A stretch of DNA of 64,000 bases from a virus (taxonomy: Duplodnaviria > Caudoviricetes). The DNA lies in the IMG/VR virus record IMGVR_UViG_3300031861_000001, positions 11,971 through 75,970 of that record. One strand, written 5' to 3'. Below the pieces are notes generated by a model. The model made no database searches. It had not been told where the DNA came from and saw only the letters and a program-made list of their open reading frames with translations. The translations under genes and the position numbers were made by a program. Positions 9,641 through 19,067 of this stretch are shown here, in pieces (positions within the stretch are counted from its first letter, which is position 1; each line of letters begins with the position of its first letter).

Positions 9641-10319
9641 ATTCTTCCATTTCTAACCACGGTTTATCATAAACTGATTTTGGCCACTCCTTATACCAAG
9701 GACCTCCCAAGGTAAAATGAGCGGCATTAATATCTTCACGATCAGGGCAATGTTCCTCCCCAACCAACCAATTCCATTCTAAAGGAATGGAGCCTATATT
9801 CTCCTCTGAGCCTGTCCATTCTAATTGATGTAAATAACTCATAGGAGAATGAAAAATCTCCTTAATAGTTAAAGGAAACTTTTCTTTATTAAATATCATT
9901 AAGCTGGACCAATTCTTTCTGGGATAATTGACGTTTCGCCAACCTTTACGTTTTTCTTTCCCTGCCATTTTCACAGTAGTTACAGATACATATTCAGGTT
10001 GCTTACAACAATATAACATTTTACTATCATCTAATGTTTTATATAAAGATAATGGATTTTTAAAAAATAAAAAATCATCATCTACAAAAGCAACCCACTT
10101 ATGATCAGGTTTATAATCTATCAATGGAACTAAATATCTGGTCCTCGCGAAAGGATTGTTCGTTTTGGGCACCCAATAATGAGGTACATCATGTGTGGCT
10201 ACTCCAAACTGTTCTAAAGATTGTCTACATTTTCTATTCGCAATCTCTCTTCCCGGTGTATAACCAACAAAAAAATCTATCATATTGTTTTCATAATTTG
10301 ATAACAAACATTTTTCCAA
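9615..10319 (-). CDS. GT-A fold glycosyltransferase (GT8-like)
   Basis: FVDDDFLF DxD motif, RKNWSSLMIFN, IPLEWNWLVG, HFTLGGPW. Confidence 0.8.
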   Translation of the reverse strand: MEKCLLSNYENNMIDFFVGYTPGREIANRKCRQSLEQFGVATHDVPHYWVPKTNNPFARTRYLVPLIDYKPDHKWVAFVDDDFLFFKNPLSLYKTLDDSKMLYCCKQPEYVSVTTVKMAGKEKRKGWRNVNYPRKNWSSLMIFNKEKFPLTIKEIFHSPMSYLHQLEWTGSEENIGSIPLEWNWLVGEEHCPDREDINAAHFTLGGPWYKEWPKSVYDKPWLEMEEYDYSKDFA

Positions 10320-11728
10320 AGACTTATATCTTTAGGGTCATTTGCTATTTCAGTATTATTGACATAATTATACAATTCATTCATATACCCTGAAAAACCT
10401 TGTTTCTTTGGTGGGTCAAAATTGAAGACATCTTTGAATATTTTTATTAATCGTTGTTTTCCTATATCTCGTACAAAAGCATCATTATAGAATATAGAAT
10501 GATCTAAAAAGGGATTCCGTGACTCTATACAACTCATTCCTAATGCTAAATTTGCGCCAATTGCTGCACAGGGGAGAAAGGATCTTTGATCCAAATACTT
10601 ATTTGCTTGTGCTACATTATTAAATTTTGGGACATGTTTTGCTACTTGCTGTTTGTATTTATGATTTAAACTATCTCCATCTTTTCTCATTGAATACTTA
10701 GAAAGTTTATTAGTATTGTATACATCATAACCTCCAAAGATTTCATCTGCTCCTTCTCCTGTTACCATAACTTTAACAGTCGGCGCCGCTTCTTTTCCCA
10801 TTATATAATATCCTACGAAGCTCCATGTATATGGTACCATATAAGATTTATGCATATATTCGATTGCGGCTTCACACCATTCTTTTTCATTATTTCTAAC
10901 TTCTATTAAACTTGTTGAAAATCCATAATTTCTAATTTCTTGTGAAGCCAAACACTTATCTTCATTAACTGTAGTAATATGACAATCCATGCTATCTCTA
11001 TAAAGTGATGATATTATAGAACTATCAACGCCGCCAGACACAATACCACAATTTATCCTATGGCTCGAATACGCAGATTGCATATTCTTTAATAAATTGT
11101 ATACATTGCCATTGTTTATTCTTTTAGGTCTAATAACGCGCGATTTAAGAGCTTTACCGCGCATGTTATAAGTTATTATCAAACCTTTAGGAAATAATTT
11201 AATTTTCTTATAATGTGTATTGTCTAATGTATAATGTCTTAGCTGATGCCAATTTTTAAGAAAATTTTTATCTAATTTAGCGCCAACAGTAATTGCAATA
11301 GACCTTATAGTATTGCTATAGATAAGACAATTATGATTATAATAAAATAAAGGAACTTGGCCGATTGGATCTCTAATTAATGTTATTGTTTGTTTTTTCT
11401 TATCATATACTGAAATTGCATATTGGCCGTTTACATTATCAAAATCATAATCTTCTCTAGCAATCTTTTCTGCTAACCATTCTGTATCATTTGCATAACC
11501 TTTAGTCGGGGCATTATAAATTTCTCCGGAAAAAGTAAATCGAAAGCGGTCCGCATCAAATACCTGAGGACCTGGAAATTTTCCTGTTACCGAAAGAACA
11601 CTTTGATGTATAAAAACATCACTATCACTGAAAGGAAATTGATATTCACCTCTTTCATTTACATCTTCTAAATCAACTTTATTCCAATTGATTAAAGACT
11701 TATCGCTTACACCAAAAAATCCGCACAT
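10280..11728 (-). CDS. AsnB-like glutamine amidotransferase (asparagine synthetase family)
   Basis: N-terminal Ntn cysteine MCGFFG, FSGEIYN, RDPIGQVPLFY, PP-loop SGGVDSS, TGEGADEIFGGY, IESRNPFLD. Confidence 0.88.
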   Translation of the reverse strand: MCGFFGVSDKSLINWNKVDLEDVNERGEYQFPFSDSDVFIHQSVLSVTGKFPGPQVFDADRFRFTFSGEIYNAPTKGYANDTEWLAEKIAREDYDFDNVNGQYAISVYDKKKQTITLIRDPIGQVPLFYYNHNCLIYSNTIRSIAITVGAKLDKNFLKNWHQLRHYTLDNTHYKKIKLFPKGLIITYNMRGKALKSRVIRPKRINNGNVYNLLKNMQSAYSSHRINCGIVSGGVDSSIISSLYRDSMDCHITTVNEDKCLASQEIRNYGFSTSLIEVRNNEKEWCEAAIEYMHKSYMVPYTWSFVGYYIMGKEAAPTVKVMVTGEGADEIFGGYDVYNTNKLSKYSMRKDGDSLNHKYKQQVAKHVPKFNNVAQANKYLDQRSFLPCAAIGANLALGMSCIESRNPFLDHSIFYNDAFVRDIGKQRLIKIFKDVFNFDPPKKQGFSGYMNELYNYVNNTEIANDPKDISLWKNVCYQIMKTI

Positions 11729-12637
11729 TTAATATAAGAATGTTATTAATGACGATAATATTACAACAGTACACATAACAACAAGAGCTTTATAATACAT
11801 TATAATAGGTGTTTTAAAATATCTCCATCCTATGAAGCAACATTTATGAACTGGGCTCAATATATAGCCAGCATAATCTAAAGCGAAAAACCAGGCTAGA
11901 TACTGAACTCCAAAGATTGAAGTTGCTATAACTGTAAGAGCTGAAAATCTACTACTACTCCCTAAAAAGAAACTCCCAATAAAACTGATAACTGACATTT
12001 GAACGAGTGATAAACCTGATTCTGCTGCGAACTGTTGTATCTCGATTGTATATTCTTGAGCGAAATTCCCAAACACTATAATAACAGCTAACAAAATTAT
12101 CAATTGCCAATCAACCAATTTTGTAGGATCAGGGATCCCATCTTGGCGATCTGGTTTTAACTCAGCCGGCTCAATATTAACATCTTCTTCTTTAAGAACA
12201 CCGAATAAGTAAAATAAAACAACAGCTAAACACCCTACTAATAAAGGCCACATATACGTCATCATTGCCCAATACGATAAACCAAACGCGGCCATTGGTA
12301 AAATAATAGTTTTTTCTATAGGGCTCCACAAATAATAATGATGGGTAGACAGATAATCTATCATACCTAATTTTTCTCTGCTCTTACCTTCAGAAGAAAT
12401 TGTATCTAAAACGCCGGCAGAAACTGAGACTCTACCCGGAATCGGTAACACTCCTGTTAATGCACTAACCAATGCAACAACTGCCCTTTTTGATTTAACC
12501 CTATTCACCACATATTGATAGATAGGAAAAAACCAATTATAATGTTTTGCATATCCAGCAATTACCATAATACCTGCTAGATAAAATAGATACCATTGAT
12601 TCTTAATCAATAAACTTAACGCTTCATTCCATTCCAT
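11729..12637 (-). CDS. Polytopic membrane protein, ion-transporter (IT/CitMHS/DUF401-like) superfamily
   Basis: About 8-9 hydrophobic segments; LTGVLPIPGRVSVSA and THHYYLWSPIEKTIILP motifs. Confidence 0.6.
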   Translation of the reverse strand: MEWNEALSLLIKNQWYLFYLAGIMVIAGYAKHYNWFFPIYQYVVNRVKSKRAVVALVSALTGVLPIPGRVSVSAGVLDTISSEGKSREKLGMIDYLSTHHYYLWSPIEKTIILPMAAFGLSYWAMMTYMWPLLVGCLAVVLFYLFGVLKEEDVNIEPAELKPDRQDGIPDPTKLVDWQLIILLAVIIVFGNFAQEYTIEIQQFAAESGLSLVQMSVISFIGSFFLGSSSRFSALTVIATSIFGVQYLAWFFALDYAGYILSPVHKCCFIGWRYFKTPIIMYYKALVVMCTVVILSSLITFLY

Positions 12638-12639
12638 AA

Positions 12640-13311
12640 TTATCTTATAGGTTTTAATTTAACTTCATCAAGTGAAGACAGGTTAAACCAACTAGTTATT
12701 GTATACTTATTTTGAGAGTAAGGTGGATTGCCTCTATGAGTATGTGTAAATGACGCGGGCCAAATTAAAGTCATTCCTTGCTTGGGAACAATTTTTATTC
12801 CTTGTTGTAAGAACTCTGTTTCTGCTTCCCCTTCAGGAAACGTATTTAAATATGTCATTGTAGCTAATGTTCGATAAGGAAATGATAATCCATGTTCACT
12901 GTGCCATATATGATATCCGCCGCCTGGTTTAACCTCTTGCACTTTCATTTCATGAATTTCTAATCTTTTTCCATCTAAAGCAGTACCATATTCTTCGTGA
13001 TACAAATCTAAACATTCTAATGCTTTATCAAAATACTCTCTAGCGACTTTTTGTACACCTGGTTCATTTTCAAAAATTACATCACCATCAGAAAACCAAG
13101 TATGTTTGTTTTTATTTCTCCATAAAGGAATAATGGTATTTTCCTCATCAAATCCTGATCTTTCAGATTTTCCAAGTTCTAAATGAAATTTTATTATTTG
13201 TTGACAATATTCTTCTGAGAATACATCTTCAAAAGCCATAATAAAAGATTCATTGTAAACACTCGCTTCAATTTTATAATGCTTCTCCGACAACTTGAAC
13301 ACCTTCTTCAT
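12640..13311 (-). CDS. 2OG-Fe(II) oxygenase (prolyl 4-hydroxylase-like)
   Basis: GGGYHIWHSEH, RTLATMTYLN, ETEF, WPASFTHTHRGNPP, KYTITSW. Confidence 0.88.
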   Translation of the reverse strand: MKKVFKLSEKHYKIEASVYNESFIMAFEDVFSEEYCQQIIKFHLELGKSERSGFDEENTIIPLWRNKNKHTWFSDGDVIFENEPGVQKVAREYFDKALECLDLYHEEYGTALDGKRLEIHEMKVQEVKPGGGYHIWHSEHGLSFPYRTLATMTYLNTFPEGEAETEFLQQGIKIVPKQGMTLIWPASFTHTHRGNPPYSQNKYTITSWFNLSSLDEVKLKPIR

Positions 13312-14020
13312 AACGCTTATTATATGATGCTATATGAGGTTGATCATATAACGTTTCAGTTGGTAATAGATGAGTCGCATTAAATGCTACAGATCTACGT
13401 TCACCCTCACCTACAAATGGATATACAGTGTGTAATAAAGTTGATGGCCAAATATAGTGATCTCCAGGTACAGGATGTACTCTAAATGTACCTGATTCTA
13501 ATGTTAATGAATTAGCGCAATTATGAACCATTTCTAACCTGCCATCAGTCACTCCTGTTCCAACCCTAGACTTCAGACCTGTAGATTTTCGCGTATCATA
13601 TCCTGGAACTTTTAAAAATAGTGTTGATGACACAGTACATCCAGGATGCATATGTAAAGGGTTATATTCACCTTCAAACATAGAATTAACCCAAAATGCA
13701 CCCATGTGAATTTTTGTATCGGGAATCACTTTTGTGTCACCATATTGTGTTCTCTCTAAACAATAAACAACATAATCTCTAACTGTGTCTAAAGTATAAT
13801 TCTGTAAGTTGTATTTTTCGAGTTGTTGATGATTAATTTTAAATTCTTGTTCTATTTCACCAACTAATGTATCATTGGCAGGGGCTTTATTAAGGATCGC
13901 TTCATCAGTACATTTAATCCATCTATCTAATAAATCCTCACTCATTCTAATTCGTTTAATGGTAGGACCAAACGGATTATCATACTCTTCCGCATATTCA
14001 TTTTTTTTCAAAGATTTCAT
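13274..14020 (-). CDS. Putative 2OG-Fe(II) oxygenase
   Basis: WVNSMFEGEYNPLHMHP (HxH), VSSTLFLKVP, WPSTLLHTVYPF, RRSVAFN. Confidence 0.85.
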   Translation of the reverse strand: MKSLKKNEYAEEYDNPFGPTIKRIRMSEDLLDRWIKCTDEAILNKAPANDTLVGEIEQEFKINHQQLEKYNLQNYTLDTVRDYVVYCLERTQYGDTKVIPDTKIHMGAFWVNSMFEGEYNPLHMHPGCTVSSTLFLKVPGYDTRKSTGLKSRVGTGVTDGRLEMVHNCANSLTLESGTFRVHPVPGDHYIWPSTLLHTVYPFVGEGERRSVAFNATHLLPTETLYDQPHIASYNKRYEEGVQVVGEAL

Positions 14021-14352
14021 TTTTTAAAGGATGCTAAAGTCGGTCTCTTATCTTCCATTGTTCCAGATACTAGGGCAGTATTGGAATCAGGTTTTTTAAA
14101 TTTACTGGCATCCTGTGTTTCATTAGGCAATGTGCCAGCATCGTGTTGAGGTTGTATTTGTTCTTCTATTTGAGCCTGTATTTCTGCTATGCCTTCATCA
14201 GTATCAGATTTATTATTATACCTAGAATTTCGTGTATGATTTATACCTTGTTCTACATCTACAAAAGTAATATTACAGACATAATCATTCGATGTCTCGG
14301 GATCAGCACTTGCTAAATCCATTTCATTATTAATTGTCCATGTAATTGCCAT
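14017..14352 (-). CDS. Hypothetical protein
   Basis: Strong RBS AGGAGAAG upstream of the ATG. Confidence 0.65.
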   Translation of the reverse strand: MAITWTINNEMDLASADPETSNDYVCNITFVDVEQGINHTRNSRYNNKSDTDEGIAEIQAQIEEQIQPQHDAGTLPNETQDASKFKKPDSNTALVSGTMEDKRPTLASFKK

Positions 14353-14369
14353 ATCTTCTCCTATTATAT

Positions 14370-16022
14370 TTATCTATTAACAACTGTAATATATAATCCA
14401 TTCCACCACTGACTTAAATCTTCTATATCATTAAGAAATTTTTTCTCATATATCAACTTTAATCCTGCTTGTGATATACCTTCATCGGCTCCTTGTACAA
14501 CACCATCAAAATTTGCATCATCAAAAATACAAATACATGTGTCAGCAAATGCCTTACTAAAATATACTACTGCATCTCGTGTAATATCTCTTTCATGATC
14601 GCCATCATAAAAGAAAAAATCAATATCATTTATATTATCTATATTTGCATTAAACATATCACAATCAAATACAGTAACAGAATTATCACCTTTTACTGCT
14701 TTAATATTCTTAACAAACTCGTCCTTAGAATTTTCAGGCAATTCTAAATCATCTCTATGAGGTTGCATTGAACTTTGCCAATTATCTATACATGTTACTT
14801 TTATATTATTATTTAACAATGCCGCCGTTGCAGTAGCTCCATGAAATGAACCAACCTCTAAATAATGATTTGATTCTTTTGATAATACATTTATAAGGTT
14901 AACCACGCGTTGTGATGTTAAACCCGGAATATCTATCTCCACATTATTCTTAACAGAATTCACAAGCTCCCTTGTTATTAACGTTATTTTAGGATCATAT
15001 TTCATTCCTGCTTTTGCATGATAAACCTTATCACAATAATGACAATCCCAACATTCAAATCTGCATGTTTTTATTTTATCGCGCCAAATATTAATAGGCG
15101 CATCCTTTAGATTTGTATCTTCAATATATTCATTAAATGTATCAAATAATATTTCTTTATCTTCCGCATAATTTTTAATTATATGCATGGTTTCATTTAA
15201 TCTAACTGGCGCTTCTCTACCATGCATTTTAACAACATCAACGTATTCTAACAGCTCATCCCAATCTTCTCTCCATGGTGGAAAACTTGCAGTCTTTAAA
15301 GGAGTAGATGGGTCTTCGTAATCCCATTTATCACACGAAACCCTAGATATTGGATCAGCAAAATATTGTGGATTAGGTGTTGCTCTGGAATTGTTAAATT
15401 CATAATGTTCATCCATCATAGGACAATTACCTAAGCATCCCTCATTTGCAAGTAAAGATAATTTAACTCCAGCATGTTCTTTGGCTCGTTTTATTGCCTT
15501 TAATCTATCATGATCTCGCATTAAGTCGCGATCTAAATTAACATAATGAAATCCTGCTTCTCCTAAAGCAACAACTTCTCGTGGCTCTGTTACGTTTCTT
15601 AATATAGTATTCTTAATTTCTAAATCAGGAAACTCTTGTTGGATTAATCCTGTTGCTACCCAATGCGTGTGAGGTATCGTTATGCTCTGAATTACTCCAG
15701 AACTATAAACCTGCTTGAAATTTTTAATGAACAAATCTAAATTTTGTTGTGTAGGTCTCACTAAGGTATTATTAAATGTAGCAGATAAAGGAACACCTGT
15801 TGATTTCGATAATCCTATAGCATTATCTAATGCTCCAAAATGATCTTTTTCAGTCAGAAAAACATCACCCATTGCATCTTGCATGAATGGTGGCATGCGA
15901 CATGTAAAATATATGTCGTAAATGTATTCTTTATGTTCCCTTACAAATTCTAGGAAATCATTAAACTGAAATTCCGTCAGTTTTGGATTCAGGGGTATGC
16001 TGAATATTTTTTTGCTCATCAT
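14370..16022 (-). CDS. Peptidase-U32-family (Fe-S) domain fused to a class I SAM methyltransferase (Methyltransf_24-like)
   Basis: U32-like: NLDRDLMRD, LLANEGCLGNCP, VSC, KMHGRE, CRFECWDCHYC. MTase: YLEVGSFHGAT, TCIDNW, FFFYDGDH. Confidence 0.75.
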   Translation of the reverse strand: MMSKKIFSIPLNPKLTEFQFNDFLEFVREHKEYIYDIYFTCRMPPFMQDAMGDVFLTEKDHFGALDNAIGLSKSTGVPLSATFNNTLVRPTQQNLDLFIKNFKQVYSSGVIQSITIPHTHWVATGLIQQEFPDLEIKNTILRNVTEPREVVALGEAGFHYVNLDRDLMRDHDRLKAIKRAKEHAGVKLSLLANEGCLGNCPMMDEHYEFNNSRATPNPQYFADPISRVSCDKWDYEDPSTPLKTASFPPWREDWDELLEYVDVVKMHGREAPVRLNETMHIIKNYAEDKEILFDTFNEYIEDTNLKDAPINIWRDKIKTCRFECWDCHYCDKVYHAKAGMKYDPKITLITRELVNSVKNNVEIDIPGLTSQRVVNLINVLSKESNHYLEVGSFHGATATAALLNNNIKVTCIDNWQSSMQPHRDDLELPENSKDEFVKNIKAVKGDNSVTVFDCDMFNANIDNINDIDFFFYDGDHERDITRDAVVYFSKAFADTCICIFDDANFDGVVQGADEGISQAGLKLIYEKKFLNDIEDLSQWWNGLYITVVNR

Positions 16023-16839
16023 CTTTTATTTGTTCAAGTAATGCAGGCATTCTTAAATTATCAAGAACCGCGTCTGTACCATCATATTTTGTTGTTAATT
16101 GCTTATTGGCCTGATCTATTGTACCATTGAGTTTCCCAGCGAATTCTAATGCTCCTTTAAGACAATCTAATTGATCTCTTTCATCCATCAATAGGATAGA
16201 ATCTAAATTACCAGAACCTATTCGGCCGTATGAAATAATATCCATTGCAGCTTGTTTAGCCATGCGTGCTAACCAATATTTTCGGTCTTCATTTGGATCA
16301 TGTTTAATGAACCTTTTAACGTCTCCAGGATTAGGACAATAGTGCTTTACAATACCAATAAAATCAGTGATTTCTCTTTTACACTGTATTAATTTACGTT
16401 TTACATATATCATATCATACATTAAATCTTCATAATCTTGTTTGAGCATAGCCTTTTCTAACTTATCCTCAGTTCTTTTCATATCTTCAACAGTCATTTG
16501 TGCTTTAATTGCCCAACGTTTCAACTTACGATAAGACTCTTTAAAATTACCATATCGTACATCAATTTCCATAAAGCATTGTTGTACTTTTTTATAGGGA
16601 GTCAAACCTGTACCAGCAACAAAATTCATATTTGAATATGTTGACTGTCCGTTATCGAAATTTAATGCATAATTAACAATATCATGTGTATATTCATCAT
16701 CAACTATTTCATTTTTAAATTGTTGATCTAGTTCTACATCTTCTATGCCGACAGACACAACTTTATCTAATTCTTTTTGAAGGCCGTCTATATCTCCAAC
16801 ATCAAAATGTTCAAAATCTTTAATTGCTTCAACACTCAT
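15961..16839 (-). CDS. Conserved coiled-coil hypothetical protein
   Basis: TPYKKVQQCFMEI, YWLARMAKQAAMDIISYGRIGSGNLDSI; no function recognised. Confidence 0.65.
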   Translation of the reverse strand: MSVEAIKDFEHFDVGDIDGLQKELDKVVSVGIEDVELDQQFKNEIVDDEYTHDIVNYALNFDNGQSTYSNMNFVAGTGLTPYKKVQQCFMEIDVRYGNFKESYRKLKRWAIKAQMTVEDMKRTEDKLEKAMLKQDYEDLMYDMIYVKRKLIQCKREITDFIGIVKHYCPNPGDVKRFIKHDPNEDRKYWLARMAKQAAMDIISYGRIGSGNLDSILLMDERDQLDCLKGALEFAGKLNGTIDQANKQLTTKYDGTDAVLDNLRMPALLEQIKDDEQKNIQHTPESKTDGISV

Positions 16840-18347
16840 TCAGTTCCTTTATAAAATTTGTGTAAATAATCATATTGATTAGGAAAAAACCGTAAAGCGT
16901 GTTTTGTCCTATCTACATACATTGTATTGACCCATTCACCATAATCTACGACATGCTTGTCTATATTATATGTATGTTGATCATATAAGCCGTATCCATA
17001 TAGTAATGAAAACCATTGCCCTACATGAAACATTCCAAAATAACCTTTGTCACGGATCATTTCAGGTGGGTTTGGTACAAATTTATCTAGTACAATTTTC
17101 GTACTATCTGGATATGGTATTTGTTTAGTTGCTTTCCAATACGGAGTATCTTGTTTTGGAGACAGTGCGTAATGTAGAAATATAAAATTTTTAATCTCAT
17201 TTAAAGCTATATCATATTCAACATTCAAATAGTCTCTATCAAGTTCACCGTTATTATCAATCAAACATTTTGTTAAGTTATGTATTGCAAACGTTGCAAA
17301 TGAGATTCCTGTAGCTTCTAATGGTTCTACAAACCCTGCTGATAATCCTACTGCATATACATTCTTAACTGCTATTCTATCATGAGTTCCCGTTTTCATC
17401 TTTATATGATAAGCAGGAGCATCAAACTCATCTATTGCTTTCCGTAATTCTTCTTCTGCCTCATCCTTATCAATAAATTTATCTGAATAAACATATCCAT
17501 TTCCTATACGAGAATAAGTAGGGATACTCCACCTCCAACCAGAATCCATAGCATATGCTTTTGTATAAGGATGCATTTCTATATGCTTATTGGTATATTC
17601 TGTATGAATAACGACTGCATTATTATTTAGCAACGTATCTTCTAATGAATTAAAGGGTTCATGTAATGCGCCTTCTAATAATATAGATTTAAATCCAGAA
17701 CAATCAACAAATAAATCTGCGGTTATTTCTTGCTGAGATTGTGTTACTAAACTGTCTACACCTTGCTCATTAATTTTAACTTCTACAATAACATCATTAA
17801 TATGATTTACTTTACCCTTACAATGGTCTTTTAAAACACCAGCTAATTTTTCAGCATTGAAATGAAATGCGTCGTGTGGTGGATCTAAAAAACCAGGTGT
17901 ATAATCTAATGCTTGATGCCCTGCTTTAGGTGCTTTATTGTTTTTTGCTAGTGTATACGAAGGCATACATTCAAAATAGTGTTTAACTGAAGGTTTTGTG
18001 CCAAGCCAATAATTATGAAACATTACTCCTGGTCCTAAAACGCCCATTTCTTGAGTATCATTATCTACAAAGATACGATCATCAGCCCAATCAATAAATT
18101 CAACACCGTACTTATGAATGCAATCTGCTTTAAGCATCCAATCTTCAAATTTCAACCCACAATTAAATAAAAAAGGTGTAGTAAAAGGTTGAGTTCCTTC
18201 TCCAATACCTTGTTTGCTTAATGTTGAAATACGAGTAGATTCTATTAAAGTTATTTCTACATGTTCTGGTAAGTTATGAGATAAATGAGCGGCTGCTAAC
18301 CAACCAGATGAACCACCGCCTACTATTGCTATTCTATCAATTGCCAT
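16836..18347 (-). CDS. Flavin-dependent halogenase (tryptophan halogenase PrnA/RebH family)
   Basis: GGGSSGW FAD motif, IGEGT, HKYGVEF (catalytic Lys position), FVDCSGFKS, WRWSIP (WxWxIP), SAGFVEPLEATGI. Confidence 0.9.
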   Translation of the reverse strand: MAIDRIAIVGGGSSGWLAAAHLSHNLPEHVEITLIESTRISTLSKQGIGEGTQPFTTPFLFNCGLKFEDWMLKADCIHKYGVEFIDWADDRIFVDNDTQEMGVLGPGVMFHNYWLGTKPSVKHYFECMPSYTLAKNNKAPKAGHQALDYTPGFLDPPHDAFHFNAEKLAGVLKDHCKGKVNHINDVIVEVKINEQGVDSLVTQSQQEITADLFVDCSGFKSILLEGALHEPFNSLEDTLLNNNAVVIHTEYTNKHIEMHPYTKAYAMDSGWRWSIPTYSRIGNGYVYSDKFIDKDEAEEELRKAIDEFDAPAYHIKMKTGTHDRIAVKNVYAVGLSAGFVEPLEATGISFATFAIHNLTKCLIDNNGELDRDYLNVEYDIALNEIKNFIFLHYALSPKQDTPYWKATKQIPYPDSTKIVLDKFVPNPPEMIRDKGYFGMFHVGQWFSLLYGYGLYDQHTYNIDKHVVDYGEWVNTMYVDRTKHALRFFPNQYDYLHKFYKGTE

Positions 18348-19067
18348 TTAATAATAATTTAAAAAAACTATTGCTGTTAATCTAGGATGGTCACTTAACA
18401 TTTCTCCAAAATACTCTGAATGTAGAAGGGGCTTATCAAAAATGAGTGCTTTATTAAATTCATTTTTTATCTTTTCTCTTATATCAAAAAATTCATTCCA
18501 TTTATGTATCTCACCTGATGTAACAATATTTCTCATTACTTCAAAAAATTCATGAGATGATTGATCGAAACTTATAGGATTATTTGCACCTGTAAAATTC
18601 CTAAGTTTATATTTCCAAAATACAGTACCATTATCTGTATTATCATAAAACGGATTTAAATAAATTAAACATGTTTTTCCCTTTAATTCTGTATCTGTTT
18701 CATAACTAAACACATCAGGGTGCGGCCTACCATGCGGCAAATTACCATTCCAATCTTTTAAATGTTCTTTTGTAATCATTTGAAGATTAAATGTATACCT
18801 TCGTAACTTCTTTATACTTAATATTTTGTATAATGTTTTTAACGTCACATCTGCATATTCACTAATAAAAGATTGCATATGGCCTTCAAGCATAAATTCG
18901 CCATAATCATTTGGTAAACCTGCTGATATAGACCTAAGCCCAGGATATTGTTGTCCTGGTAAAACCGCATCAGGTTCTGAATCTTGAAATATAGAAAGGT
19001 CTCTGTTTATACAATTGTATAACGTATAAGGAGCCTCATAAAAATCATGTACTATCTGGATTCCCAT
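18348..19067 (-). CDS. DUF6445-like 2OG-Fe(II) oxygenase-fold protein
   Basis: IVHDFY, YPGLRS, PHPD, LIYLN, GTVFW, FNKALIFD..LLHS. Confidence 0.7.
   Translation of the reverse strand: MGIQIVHDFYEAPYTLYNCINRDLSIFQDSEPDAVLPGQQYPGLRSISAGLPNDYGEFMLEGHMQSFISEYADVTLKTLYKILSIKKLRRYTFNLQMITKEHLKDWNGNLPHGRPHPDVFSYETDTELKGKTCLIYLNPFYDNTDNGTVFWKYKLRNFTGANNPISFDQSSHEFFEVMRNIVTSGEIHKWNEFFDIREKIKNEFNKALIFDKPLLHSEYFGEMLSDHPRLTAIVFLNYY

Noticed and set aside
10280-11728. Gat-QueC assignment
   Set aside because: No QueC zinc-binding CxxCxxC is visible, and the AsnB-type GEGADEIFGGY motif is present.
3729-14375. Variant late promoters (TATAAATT or AATAAATA near 3730-3755; GATAAATA near 8720 and 14370)
   Set aside because: One-mismatch hits are expected by chance in such AT-rich DNA, so they were not listed as features.
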